DNA of 61,666 nt, filler included, from Myxococcota bacterium (GCA_023150835.1; 9 parts of 9 records of this genome joined end to end with filler, not necessarily neighbours in it); one strand, 5' to 3'; positions 10,501 through 19,503 are shown, counted from the whole stretch's first letter. Program-made: numbers and translations. The notes: generated by a model from the letters alone, not told the origin.

Positions 10501-11631
10501 TCTCGGGACGTGGGGGCGTTGGTGGAGCGCCTTGTGGAAGAGGATGTGGTGGCGCGACGTTGGGTGGTGGCCGCGTTGTTGCGGTTGCGTGTCAAGGGGA
10601 TCTTGGCGTTGGTCGAGGCGTTGCGAAAGCCCGACTGGGCGGGAGCGGAGTTTGCGGTGGCGTTGTTGTTGAAGATGGGAGAAGAGGCTGTGCCGATCTT
10701 GCGGGAGAAGTTGGCCTCGGGCAGTCCACAAGAGCGATTGTATGCGGTGTATGCGTTGTCTGAGATGGGGGCTGTAGCGCGGGCGGCACGACGGGAGTTT
10801 TTGATGGCGCTGCGTGATCAACAGGAGGAAGTGCAGATCGCATCGGCGTTTGCGTTGTGTCGTTTGCGTATCCAGTCTGCGCAAGCAGAAGGCATCTTGC
10901 GGCGTTATCTTGTTCATGTAGAGGAAGAAAAGAGATTGGCTGCTGCGTTGGCCTTGGCGCGGATCGAACCGCTTTCCAAAGAGACTTTGCGGATGTTGGT
11001 CGCACGCAAAAAGACGCAGGAGAGCGCCATGAAAGCTCCGATATTTCGGGCTTTAGGGCGTCATCTTCATTTGAGTCGACAAGATTACGGTTTCTTTTTG
11101 GAGGGTCTTCAAGAGACGGATGTAGCGCGTCGGCGTTATGCAGCGCGCAGTTTCTTTTTGTTTGTGCAGGCTTTGGGTGGGCGTTGTAAGACACAAACCG
11201 CCGATTGCTCGGCTTCTTGGGAGGTCTTGATGCGTCCTACATTTTTGGAGGTGTGGTTGCGGTTGTTAAAAAACGATACTTTGCCCGTACAGCGTCCATT
11301 GTTGAGGGCTTTGGCGTATTTACCGCATTATCCGATGCTTGTGATGCGTGCTTTGTTCGAGGCTTTGTCCCATCCTGAGCCAGAGATGCGTCTTGTGGCT
11401 GTGCGGATCGTCGGACAGGTCGGGATGGCGGGAGTGGGGGCGATGCCTTTGTTGTTGGGGATCTTGCGTAGTGATACCGAAGCCGCCGTACGAAAAGAAG
11501 CTGTGGTGACGTTGCGCAAGCTCTATGCTTTGTTCTTGGTCGTTCCACAGGCCCTGAAAGAAGCCTCCAGCGATATGGATACGGGCGTCGCACAAGAAGC
11601 CCAAAAAGCCTTGCGCGATATCGAGCGATAA
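7570..11631 (+). CDS. Large HEAT/PBS-lyase repeat protein, probably exported
   Basis: Many D-x3-VR-x-AA-x-ALG repeats (DSSEEVRFAAADALG, DESWAVRRAVVDAVG, DRDVKYAAMRAL); signal-like N-terminus ending AHA; GGAGG before ATG 7570. Start uncertain. Confidence 0.8.
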   Translation: MLRGSRMNDKGSWMFWLWLVGGCGGGGGLAHAEEPKHRETSHREATKGAKPEGVGKQGSQNETSETTKVLLADWREGVARWKEWEARGVAWRQEGALRSVQARLVEVERSLLSMSPTQAAGVWLGLLRAKHPLLRRFGAEALGKMGEGGRLYRNEMVRLLGEDQPEAQEAALRALRSLGVPRDAQEKIAVLRRSVWPKVREAAWWALGAVEGSAKLRSKELWGWWPEAVREGYGAAILAGFVRAGSRSRRIEREMRKALEGADEAGVRWACRYLSRGKVPFERVRVRLWGWFLSKEASTRLEVLRVLRKDDKKEEVRRLFVRALEDQAEGVRRLAAEVLMEEGWSAWEEVKVRLERADKAIQEGVIAGIVAQGKEGWERVRSLLREEREIFLRTGLRALEAQGKAASGLCEAIHEKTSERRWGVRLAAVRAIGKVCSEQTASQRWLAGLLGDSSEEVRFAAADALGDGVVSPLSLLQDAVSSRSWRTRQATARALGSLGGEIGVVRPLLLKLLEDESWAVRRAVVDAVGRLGALMVGERGRLRRLLKDQDRDVKYAAMRALVALEEKEEAKQQMLLRWIEGRGGKALRLEALRWWSVLGMRVRKRTQRGRLTGPIRRWLRGGTLSERQVVLRSLRKMGTVGREVWPELVMLARGRHRSLQLGALRAIGAVADPPMSLVRSLLVWATEEVSVRRRVAREVLREVCGRVVFSRGFWEPWLREKHIEKRSLVLGCLERGGWRALTSLEGIESLLSDADHTVRRASWRIWRGFGSWGAVGLRRLWDSRPRGVERFGEDGRLWVEVFEGAGVHAPQLWYGLIDAVGRSRWERRVEVGALGVWFRAMLASKEAIGQGYLWSCVQRGPWWLRGPCARRLGKVAETKSLLHAFALAAGVERVLLRKALGQRSSGVLVMALRGLAEEPAQKDRWLEYLNDATLWQGESGEAKDAKLLDALRGLLVSKDPISRRFGARGYAHWQEFASRDVGALVERLVEEDVVARRWVVAALLRLRVKGILALVEALRKPDWAGAEFAVALLLKMGEEAVPILREKLASGSPQERLYAVYALSEMGAVARAARREFLMALRDQQEEVQIASAFALCRLRIQSAQAEGILRRYLVHVEEEKRLAAALALARIEPLSKETLRMLVARKKTQESAMKAPIFRALGRHLHLSRQDYGFFLEGLQETDVARRRYAARSFFLFVQALGGRCKTQTADCSASWEVLMRPTFLEVWLRLLKNDTLPVQRPLLRALAYLPHYPMLVMRALFEALSHPEPEMRLVAVRIVGQVGMAGVGAMPLLLGILRSDTEAAVRKEAVVTLRKLYALFLVVPQALKEASSDMDTGVAQEAQKALRDIER

Positions 11632-11647
11632 GCCCAACACAGATATC

Positions 11648-12310
11648 TCAGCGATAGACGAACTCTGTTTGCCATGCTTCGGGGGATTGGTTGTGGAGAT
11701 CCCAGTAGACTTCGGCGATATTGGCGGGATCGAAGTGCGTTTCGGGTTTGACGATGCCGCAGACCGTCACGGTGGCGACGTGGACGCCATCTTCTGCGAC
11801 TTCACCCGCCAGCGCGTAAGCCAAGTTGCGGATGCCCGCTTTGCCGATGCCCAATGAGGCATACTGCGGAAACGGCGTCAGCGCAAAGCCCCCTCCCGTC
11901 AACAAGATCGTGCCGCTGCGCTGCTGTCGCATATGCGGCAGGACGGCTTGGGCCGAAACCACTGCCCCCAAAACGTTCACACGGAAGTCGTTCAACGCAT
12001 CTTCGTAGATCAGCTCGGATGGGTGGGCGTGGTTGAGCGCGGCTGCGTTGTACACCAATACCTCGGTTTTGGCTTCCAACTCCTCGTGCAACCGATAAAA
12101 CGATTGGTGCAGCGAGTCCTCATCCGCTGCATCTGTAGGATACGTGTGGACGGTATAGCCCTCATCGTGAAGCTCTTTGGCGTAGTCGTGCAGCTTTTTG
12201 GTGTTCCGTGCCAACAACGCCAACTGATAACCTTCTTGTGCAAAACGGCGCGCAACCGCCATCCCAATCCCGGGACCCACTCCAACAATCGAACACAACG
12301 GCTTGGTCAT
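11648..12310 (-). CDS. Short-chain dehydrogenase/reductase (SDR)
   Basis: IVGVGPGIG Rossmann motif, LVYNAA, LGIGKAG. Confidence 0.88.
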   Translation of the reverse strand: MTKPLCSIVGVGPGIGMAVARRFAQEGYQLALLARNTKKLHDYAKELHDEGYTVHTYPTDAADEDSLHQSFYRLHEELEAKTEVLVYNAAALNHAHPSELIYEDALNDFRVNVLGAVVSAQAVLPHMRQQRSGTILLTGGGFALTPFPQYASLGIGKAGIRNLAYALAGEVAEDGVHVATVTVCGIVKPETHFDPANIAEVYWDLHNQSPEAWQTEFVYR

Positions 12311-12496
12311 GCGAGGCTCCTTTGCGTGTAGTCGCGAACAAACCACACGACCTTGTGTGGCTCTTTTGTGCGTAGCGCACCGCGAACCTCGGCACAAGAT
12401 GAGGATGCCCCCTCAGATCGCAATCTCTCTCTCCATCGGAATTTCGCAACAGGATGATCTTTGTGGAGGAAAGAAAGTTCGCCTCGGGATGATCTT

Positions 12497-12625
12497 TGTG
12501 GGGTGTCACCCCATACCCCACAAGGGGCAAAGCCCCCTTGACCCCGTATCGGCGAAGAGATCACAGGTTTTTCACACCGACGACTCTGTCGCTTCAAGCG
12601 GCACGAGTGCGGCTTTTTTGTCCAC
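12497..12625 (+). repeat. Dispersed ~130-bp intergenic repeat (family B), copy 1
   Basis: Aligns by eye with 42403-42530: GGGG..CCCC..CCCCTTGACCCCG..GGCGAA.AGATCA..TTTTTCA..CTGTCGCTT..TTTGTCCAC. Confidence 0.65.
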
Positions 12626-12693
12626 TGCGCCCCATCAGGCGTTGAAAAAGAGATGTTGCGCTTGGAACGTGGTGTGAGCGCAGAACGCGTCTA

Positions 12694-12759
12694 CAGATAC
12701 ATGTCTCGAAAGAGGGGGGCGCAATTCAGATACATGTCTCGAAAGAGGGGGACGCAATT
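12694..12759 (+). repeat. Two tandem 33-bp direct repeats at the murA 3' end
   Basis: CAGATACATGTCTCGAAAGAGGGGG(G/A)CGCAATT x2, 1 mismatch. Confidence 0.9.
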
Positions 12760-14075
12760 TAAGATTCGCCGCTGGTGCGGTGGATCTGTGCGCCAAGAGC
12801 GAGCAAGCGTTCTTCGATCCGCTCGTAGCCACGGTCGATTTGTTCGATATTGCGGATGGTGCTGCGGCCTTCGGCAGAGAGCGCAGCGATCAAGAGCGCC
12901 ACCCCTGCCCGAATATCGGGCGAAGTCATCAAGATCCCACGCAGCGGAGTGACGCGATCTAAGCCGATGACCGTCGCACGGTGCGGATCGCAAAGGATGA
13001 TCTTGGCTCCCATATCGATCAGCTTGTCGACGAAAAACAGGCGGCTTTCAAACATCTTTTGATGGATCAAGACCGTCCCTCGGGCCTGTGTGGCCGTCAC
13101 CAACACCACGCTCAACAAGTCAGGCGTAAAACCCGGCCACGGCGCATCCGCCACCGTCAAGATCGAACCGTCGATAAAGGTGTCGATCTCGTAATGCTTT
13201 TGGGCTGGGATGTGGATATCGTCGCCCCGAAATTCCAGTTGGATGCCCAAACGCCGAAAGACATCGGGGATCATCCCAAGCTGGTCGATTCGACAGTTTT
13301 TGATCGTGATCGCCGATGCTGTCATCGCCGCAAGACCGATAAAACTGCCGATCTCGATCATATCGGGCAACAGCGTATGCTCCGTCCCATGCAAACTTCC
13401 AACGCCTTCGATCCGCAACAGATTCGAGCCGATGCCTTCGATCTTTGCACCCATCGAAACCAACATCCGACAAAGCTGTTGTAGATAAGGCTCACAGGCG
13501 GCGTTATACAGCGTGGTCGTTCCTTCGGCCATCACAGCCGCCATGACGATGTTTGCAGTCCCCGTGACCGATGCCTCGTCAAGCAACAGATAGGTCCCAC
13601 GAAGCTTTTCGGCATGGATGCGAAACTGCCCGTCCTCTCGGCGAAAATCGAAGGTCGCGCCAAGTTGTTGAAAGCCCAGAAAGTGCGTATCCAGACGTCG
13701 CCGCCCGATCTTGTCGCCGCCCGGACGCGGTACACTGGCTTGGCCATAACGCGCAAGCAACGGGCCGATCAGCATAATCGAACCCCGTATCCGTGCCGCT
13801 TTTTGGCGAAACTCTTCGGTTTCCAGATAATCAAGCCGAAGATCTCGCGATGTAAAGCGAAAGTCGTTGGGACCGAGCTTTTTGACTTCCACGCCCAGAT
13901 CGCTCAATAGATCCATCAACAAGATCACATCGCGGATCTGGGGAATGTTGTAGATGGTGACGGACTCGTCCGTGAGCAGGACGGCGCACAAGATCTGCAA
14001 GGCTTCGTTTTTCGCGCCTTGGGGGATGAGTTCTCCTGAGAGCGGTTGGCCGCCGATGATCTCAAAGGCAGACAT
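12759..14075 (-). CDS. murA: UDP-N-acetylglucosamine 1-carboxyvinyltransferase (Asp-type active-site loop)
   Basis: GAKN, RPGGDKIGRRRLDTH, SVTGT, PWPGFTPD, FESR, SPDIRAG and IDRGYE motifs. Confidence 0.96.
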   Translation of the reverse strand: MSAFEIIGGQPLSGELIPQGAKNEALQILCAVLLTDESVTIYNIPQIRDVILLMDLLSDLGVEVKKLGPNDFRFTSRDLRLDYLETEEFRQKAARIRGSIMLIGPLLARYGQASVPRPGGDKIGRRRLDTHFLGFQQLGATFDFRREDGQFRIHAEKLRGTYLLLDEASVTGTANIVMAAVMAEGTTTLYNAACEPYLQQLCRMLVSMGAKIEGIGSNLLRIEGVGSLHGTEHTLLPDMIEIGSFIGLAAMTASAITIKNCRIDQLGMIPDVFRRLGIQLEFRGDDIHIPAQKHYEIDTFIDGSILTVADAPWPGFTPDLLSVVLVTATQARGTVLIHQKMFESRLFFVDKLIDMGAKIILCDPHRATVIGLDRVTPLRGILMTSPDIRAGVALLIAALSAEGRSTIRNIEQIDRGYERIEERLLALGAQIHRTSGES

Positions 14076-14200
14076 GCGTATTCCTTCGGTGCTGGGGGTC
14101 GATGGGGCTTGCTTGTGTCATCGCACGCGCTCATACAATATCCAAAAGAAGTGTGAGCGAATGTAGACGCCCTGTTGTTGGGCAGCCACAGGGGCTGCCC

Positions 14201-14334
14201 CATTGGCATCAGGTTAAGCAATGACATCGGAAACAACAAGAGGATCGGGAGTATTGTGTTGCCATGTTGACGGTCGTTTTCGACGCGAACTGATTTTACA
14301 ATTGTTACGGATGACAAGGGAAAGAGCCTCAAGC
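14201..14334 (-). mobile_element. 3' end of an IS4-family (IS231-like) element with transposase C-terminus
   Basis: Minus strand 14333-14214 reads LEALSLVIRNNCKISSRRKRPSTWQ...*, with the stop inside the TIR CATTGGCATCAGGTTAAG (14201-14218); joined to a REP hairpin; contig breaks inside the element. Confidence 0.6.
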
Positions 14335-14466
14335 NNNNNNNNNNNNNNNNNNNNNNNNNNNNNNNNNNNNNNNNNNNNTTAATTAATTAANNNNNNNNNN
14401 NNNNNNNNNNNNNNNNNNNNNNNNNNNNNNNNNNCATACAATTAGGCGGATTTCGTATAAATACGA

Positions 14467-14582
14467 TAGGAGTTACGCAGTTGAAAAGGAAAACCCTGAG
14501 ATGTCAGCACATTGTAGGGGCGGTTCGCGAACCGCCCGCGCCCGAACATGGGCCTTTTTCGTATCCAACTGCGTAAGTCCTA
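14467..14582. mobile_element. MITE-like element (family C) with 17-bp TIRs enclosing a GTAG-REP hairpin
   Basis: TAGGAGTTACGCAGTTG...CAACTGCGTAAGTCCTA (1 mismatch); internal GTAGGGGCGGTTCGCGAACCGCCC at 14514-14537. Confidence 0.7.
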
Positions 14583-14624
14583 TACGAGTTGACAGAGAGG
14601 TAGATTCGACGCAGAGAAGGAGGG

Positions 14625-16067
14625 TTATTTGGGGAGGGGAGCGGTGGCCCATTCTTGGGTCCAAAAGTCGTCCGGCCCCATGGCACCGAGGTAATCGGTT
14701 TTGGTGAAGAAGGTGTCGTCGATTTGAGCGAAAGGGCCTTTGCGTGCGGGAGATTCTTTGGGGGGTCGAAAGTCGAGTTGTTGAAGGGCCGTTGCGGAGG
14801 GAAGGATGAGTCCAACGCTAGAGTTAGAGGGGTTAAGTGATCCAAAAAAGTCTTGGAGTGAAAAGGGTGCGTTGGGTGGGGAGGGGGCGAAGAGAGCGCT
14901 ACAGGAGAAGATGGAGTGTGAGAGAATCAGTCGGTTGGTTAGCTTCCCATTTTCCCACGCATTTTGATATGTTTCGAGATCAGGGATGGAGAGACAGGCT
15001 TGTTTGAAGCCAGAGACAAGGAAGTGATAGAGGATCGCGCCTGTGCCTTCGCGTAGCGTGATGCCGATGTTTCCGAGCGTGGGGAGTGTATGAAGGGAGA
15101 CGTTGGCGAGTGTGGGTTGTGCGCGTGGGAGGGGAGCGTTTTCTTTGGGGAGGGGGCCGTTGCGTCCTTCGAGGGCGTTGGTGGAGGGGACATTTTGGTA
15201 GATGAGCAGGAATTGGGCTTTTCCACGCCAGCCATCGGTCCATGCGAGGCCATTTTGTGCCGCGTTGGTGATCAGGATGCGCTTGAGTTGGGCGTTTCCG
15301 CCTGTGATCGAGAGTCCGTCAGCGCTGCTTGCGTGGAGGCGCACGAATTCGATCGTGGTTTGTGAACCGACGGAGCGAAGGGAAAGCGCAGCGTTGGTGG
15401 TTGGTGTGGCCCCTGCGTATTCGATGCGGACATAACGGAGGATGCCGCTATTGTCCTCGGGCTTGTCGCCGCCAAAGCGCCCACCGTGAGAGGCGTAGTT
15501 TTGGCAAGGGGAAGTCGAGGCGGTGCAATGATTTTGGGGGGCGTTACCGTTGAGCAGAAGGCCGCCCCAATCGCCTGCGCGGGGGCTTGGAGAAGCCGAA
15601 GAAAAAAAGATCGGTTTTTCGCGGGTTCCTTCGGCGAGGATGCGGGCGTTTCGTGCGATATGGAGGGTGGCGCGGGTGGAGGGATCGGCGAGGATCTTGG
15701 TGCCGGGGTCGATGCGCAAGGTGACGGGGGTTTGGTCGTCGCCAAAGATGACGTTTCCGCGCAAGAGCCAAGTCGTGTCGGCGGTCAGACGGATATCTCT
15801 GTTGTAGATGCCCGAGATGACGCAAGGTTCGTTGGGTTTGGCGGAGCATTCGGGTTTTTGGTTGAGTTTGGAGGAAGAGCAGACAGTGCCAAGGCAAGTG
15901 GCGTAGGGAGCGCAGTCTTCGTCTGCTTTGCAGGTGGCTGGGCCTTGGTATTTGTCGTCGTAGGGGTTGGTGCGTTGGAGTTGCGCGTCAAGGTAGCACG
16001 AAGCCGAGAAACACAAGCACAACAGCAAGAGCACGGATGAAGCGGGCCTTGACATGGGGATTCTCAT
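14625..16067 (-). CDS. Lipoprotein with short Cys-rich region and beta-helix-like DNSGILRYVRIEYAG domain
   Basis: Lipobox FSASC; GDWGGLLLNGNA, DNSGILRYVRIEYAG, GWRGKAQF, YLGAM...WT; paralog of 19744-21338. Confidence 0.8.
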   Translation of the reverse strand: MRIPMSRPASSVLLLLCLCFSASCYLDAQLQRTNPYDDKYQGPATCKADEDCAPYATCLGTVCSSSKLNQKPECSAKPNEPCVISGIYNRDIRLTADTTWLLRGNVIFGDDQTPVTLRIDPGTKILADPSTRATLHIARNARILAEGTREKPIFFSSASPSPRAGDWGGLLLNGNAPQNHCTASTSPCQNYASHGGRFGGDKPEDNSGILRYVRIEYAGATPTTNAALSLRSVGSQTTIEFVRLHASSADGLSITGGNAQLKRILITNAAQNGLAWTDGWRGKAQFLLIYQNVPSTNALEGRNGPLPKENAPLPRAQPTLANVSLHTLPTLGNIGITLREGTGAILYHFLVSGFKQACLSIPDLETYQNAWENGKLTNRLILSHSIFSCSALFAPSPPNAPFSLQDFFGSLNPSNSSVGLILPSATALQQLDFRPPKESPARKGPFAQIDDTFFTKTDYLGAMGPDDFWTQEWATAPLPK

Positions 16068-17581
16068 AGCTTTGTTCTTTTCAGGGTTTCTTGTCCGACG
16101 TCACAACCGAGGGCTTGTGGGGAAGGAAGTTGGGATTGGGAGAGAAAGAAGATCCCAATTCCGATGGCTGTGGCCCCCAGAGGGGCGCTGATGTGTCCGA
16201 CCGTCATCCAAGCGTTGGCGGATTGGGCTTGGGCGGCGTAGGCATCGGCGTATTGGTCAAAGTTGGAGCGTGCGACGCGGTAAGCGGTTTGCTGTCGGAT
16301 CGCATCTTGGTGGGCGAGATTTCCTGCGGTGTAGCCGGAGGCTGCGAGGACACCGAGGGCGATCCCGCCGATCAACACGGACCAACCGAGGACCCGTTTT
16401 GTGGGGAGAGCGGCTTGTTGTTGACGCCACGTTTGGTAACGGGGTTCGGGGATCAGATCGAAGTGGATCGTTTGGGAGGATTTGGGTTGGACAAGGATCT
16501 TTTTTTGAAGGATCTGGTGGCAAAAACTGCGGATATGGAGCAGAAAATCGCCATCCGGAACAAGGACCGTGAGGGGGGTTGTTCCGCTATAGCGCTCTTC
16601 GATGAAGATCTGTGCGCCCGTTGGAGAGGAGGTGATGGCGATCTGTGCGGAAGGACGGGGATAAGAGAGGGTGAGTTTTTCGGCGAGGGAGACTTGGAAG
16701 GTGCGTCGAAAGGGCAGCGCGTTGGGGTAGTGGATATCGAGCGAATAAGGGCCGGGAGGGAGTTTGACGATCCATTGTTGGCCGATGTATCGGAGAGGTT
16801 CAAAGAGGGCGGCTCCACGCAGAAGCAGACGGGTTTTGGGGTCTTCGGTGGTGATCTGAACGAGGCTTTCGCTAGAGAGGGGCGAAAAGCCGTGGTGATA
16901 GGTTTCGAGGGCAGAGAGTTGGAGCGGGCGTATGATCGGGGCAGAGTCGGGGTAGATCACGGAGGCTTGATAGCGGCCTGCGGGGAGATACCGTGTCCAT
17001 GTATAGGCGATCTTGCAGCGTTTGGGAGCGGTGGGGGATTCGATGCAGAGTTGGGCTTTTGCGTCGTAAGAGGAGAGTCGGAGTTTGGCGAAGTTGTGGC
17101 GTTTTTGGAGTCGGTTGTGTTCGGTTTGGGCGGTGCGTTGGCGGTTTTGGTTTTCAAAGAGGGATTCATCGAGGTAGCGGTCAAAGAGTTGTAAGGAGCG
17201 GTGGAGCAGATGATCGTGCAAGGGGGATTCTTTGGTTTGTTGTGCAGCGCGGGTAAAGAGGCGGGAAGCGTTGAGCAGGAGGCGGCCTTTTTTGAATCGA
17301 TCGATGGGTTTGATCTTGTCGGAAGGTCCGATGGATTCGGCGGCTAGGATGAAGCAATCGCCAGCTTCGACGAGTTTTTTTTGACGAAACAACAGGGCGC
17401 ATTGTTGGAGATCTTGGGCATAGAGCGTAGAAGGAAGCCACGTCAAAAAGAAGACAGAGAGGAAAAAAGCAGCAAGGTATGTTCTGTTTTTTGAGGAAAA
17501 AACAGCGATGGAAGGGAAGTTTTGGGGGAGAAGGGGGATGGAAGAGAGGGGAGAAACCGAACGAAGGGGAAAGCGCGGCAT
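16064..17581 (-). CDS. PEGA-domain protein with C-terminal TM segments
   Basis: ITSSPTGAQIFIEERYSGTTPL PEGA signature; signal-like segment; two hydrophobic C-terminal helices. Start uncertain. Confidence 0.75.
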   Translation of the reverse strand: MPRFPLRSVSPLSSIPLLPQNFPSIAVFSSKNRTYLAAFFLSVFFLTWLPSTLYAQDLQQCALLFRQKKLVEAGDCFILAAESIGPSDKIKPIDRFKKGRLLLNASRLFTRAAQQTKESPLHDHLLHRSLQLFDRYLDESLFENQNRQRTAQTEHNRLQKRHNFAKLRLSSYDAKAQLCIESPTAPKRCKIAYTWTRYLPAGRYQASVIYPDSAPIIRPLQLSALETYHHGFSPLSSESLVQITTEDPKTRLLLRGAALFEPLRYIGQQWIVKLPPGPYSLDIHYPNALPFRRTFQVSLAEKLTLSYPRPSAQIAITSSPTGAQIFIEERYSGTTPLTVLVPDGDFLLHIRSFCHQILQKKILVQPKSSQTIHFDLIPEPRYQTWRQQQAALPTKRVLGWSVLIGGIALGVLAASGYTAGNLAHQDAIRQQTAYRVARSNFDQYADAYAAQAQSANAWMTVGHISAPLGATAIGIGIFFLSQSQLPSPQALGCDVGQETLKRTKL

Positions 17582-17607
17582 GGAGTCGGCTCCTTCGGGA
17601 GGGGTGA

Positions 17608-19503
17608 TCAGTGGAGGCAATAATCGGGGCTTTCTTCGAGGAAAGATTTTTTCTTCATTTTGAGGCGAAGACCTTGTCGGAGTTTTTTGACGGGGATGAC
17701 GCAAAGTTCGTATCCCGGAGAGGAGAGAGTCAGGTTACCACGCCAAGCGTTGATGGGGAAGCAGATGTGTTTTTGGGCTTCGAGTGTGGTGTAGCGTTTG
17801 TGTTCGAGGGTAAAAGCGACGTCTTCAGGCGAGAGATAGAGGGAGAAGGTGCGGCGTTTGGTCTGGTTGGGATCCGCTTTGCATTGGATCTGTCCATCGT
17901 TTGTGCATTGCCATGTGCCGAGGCCTTTGCATTGATCGGGGTTGGCGTAGCAGGGTTGTCCTTTTTGGGGGAAATTTTCGTCGATCTTGCCGTTGCAGTC
18001 GTCGTCTTGGTTGTTGCAGATCTCTTCTTTGGGGAGGATTTGACCTACACAAGCAGACCATTTGCCGTCGATACAAGACTGTTGACCAGATTTGCAGGCT
18101 CCTTTGTCGCGGGTTTCTTGGGAATCTGTGTAGCAGGATTGGGTTTGCCCTGAGGTGCATTCTGTGAGGAGTAGCTTGGGTGGTTTGGGTTTGGGCAAGG
18201 CGGTGATCACGGTAGGTTTGGAGTAGCGGGAGGCATACAAGCCTCCAAACAGACCGATGGCGAGAAGGAGGATTGCACCGAGGAGCAACGGCCAACGAGA
18301 AGGACGGGGTGGGGGTGGCAAGGCGACGGAGTCATCAGGGTGGATGTGCTGTGGGTGGGCGAGTTGTGCGAGTTTGAGTCCACTGCCGTTGGAGGGGTCT
18401 TGGGAGAGGGGTTGTGTCAGAATAGAGGTCGGCGGAGGGGGAGGTTGCGGGGCGTTTTTGTCTACGAGATCTTCGCTTGCGTATTCGACGCTACTGCTGT
18501 TGTCGAAGTCTTTGAGTTGGACCACGTCTTCGGCAGAGAGTTGGACGGTGAAGTCGGCATCCATTTGGATGGTTTTTTTGGCGTCGCGGATCTGGAAGCG
18601 TTTTTCGAGTGTATGGAGTTTTCCGTCGGGTGGGAGGGCTTGGGCGATGGCTTCTTGGAGTTCGCGACAATTGCTGTAACGCTGGCTGGGGTTTTTTTCG
18701 AGGCAGCGCATGATGATATCGCCGAAGGTGGGGGGGAGGCGCTTGTTGAGTTCGGTGGGATGGGGAGGGACTTCGTGCATATGTTGATAGAGGATGGTTT
18801 GCAAACCGCCGCGAAAGGGGACGTGTCCGACAGCGAGTTGGTACATCATCACGCCCATGGCGTAGATATCGACGCGGTGATCGACTTTTTTGCTGTCTTT
18901 GATCTGTTCGGGGGCGGTGTACTTGAAGGTGCCGAGGATGGAACCTGTGGTGGTTTTTTCGTCGACGTCATCGAGAAATTTAGCGATGCCAAAGTCACCG
19001 AGTTTTGGGGCGTAGGTATCGGGTCCGTTGGGGGTGAGCATGACGTTGCCGGGCTTGAGATCGCGGTGGATGATGCCTTCACCGTGAGCGTAAGCGAGGG
19101 CGTCAAGAAGCGGGAGGAGGAGGACGCGGAGTTCTTCGGGAGAGAGGAGGTGTTTTCCTTGGATCAGATATTGTTTGAGGTCGGGTCCGTCGATCCATTC
19201 TTGGACCATGCCGAGGAAGTCGCCATCGTCAAGGAGTTCGACGACTCGGACGATGGCGTCGTGTTGCATCCGAAATTGGATCTCGGCTTCGCTAATAAAG
19301 CGCCCTCGAACGACGCGGTCAACGGCGAGGTGGGGGAAGAGAAGTTTGAGGGCCATCGGGCGTTTTAGCGGGCGATGGTGGACTTTATAGATCCACGCCA
19401 TGCCGCCTTGCGCGACAAATTGTTGGACGTGGTACCGTTCGGCGATGATCTGGCCGACGATGCAATGGGGGTCTTTTGTGAGATCCTGCGCGGTGATTGT
19501 CAT
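17608..19503 (-). CDS. Membrane Ser/Thr protein kinase with Cys-rich extracytoplasmic region (MopE-like putative metal-binding motif)
   Basis: GGMAWIY, ALK, IIHRDLKPGN, DFGIAK, GTFKYTAPEQ; TM helix; EICNNQDDDCNGKIDE. Confidence 0.92.
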   Translation of the reverse strand: MTITAQDLTKDPHCIVGQIIAERYHVQQFVAQGGMAWIYKVHHRPLKRPMALKLLFPHLAVDRVVRGRFISEAEIQFRMQHDAIVRVVELLDDGDFLGMVQEWIDGPDLKQYLIQGKHLLSPEELRVLLLPLLDALAYAHGEGIIHRDLKPGNVMLTPNGPDTYAPKLGDFGIAKFLDDVDEKTTTGSILGTFKYTAPEQIKDSKKVDHRVDIYAMGVMMYQLAVGHVPFRGGLQTILYQHMHEVPPHPTELNKRLPPTFGDIIMRCLEKNPSQRYSNCRELQEAIAQALPPDGKLHTLEKRFQIRDAKKTIQMDADFTVQLSAEDVVQLKDFDNSSSVEYASEDLVDKNAPQPPPPPTSILTQPLSQDPSNGSGLKLAQLAHPQHIHPDDSVALPPPPRPSRWPLLLGAILLLAIGLFGGLYASRYSKPTVITALPKPKPPKLLLTECTSGQTQSCYTDSQETRDKGACKSGQQSCIDGKWSACVGQILPKEEICNNQDDDCNGKIDENFPQKGQPCYANPDQCKGLGTWQCTNDGQIQCKADPNQTKRRTFSLYLSPEDVAFTLEHKRYTTLEAQKHICFPINAWRGNLTLSSPGYELCVIPVKKLRQGLRLKMKKKSFLEESPDYCLH

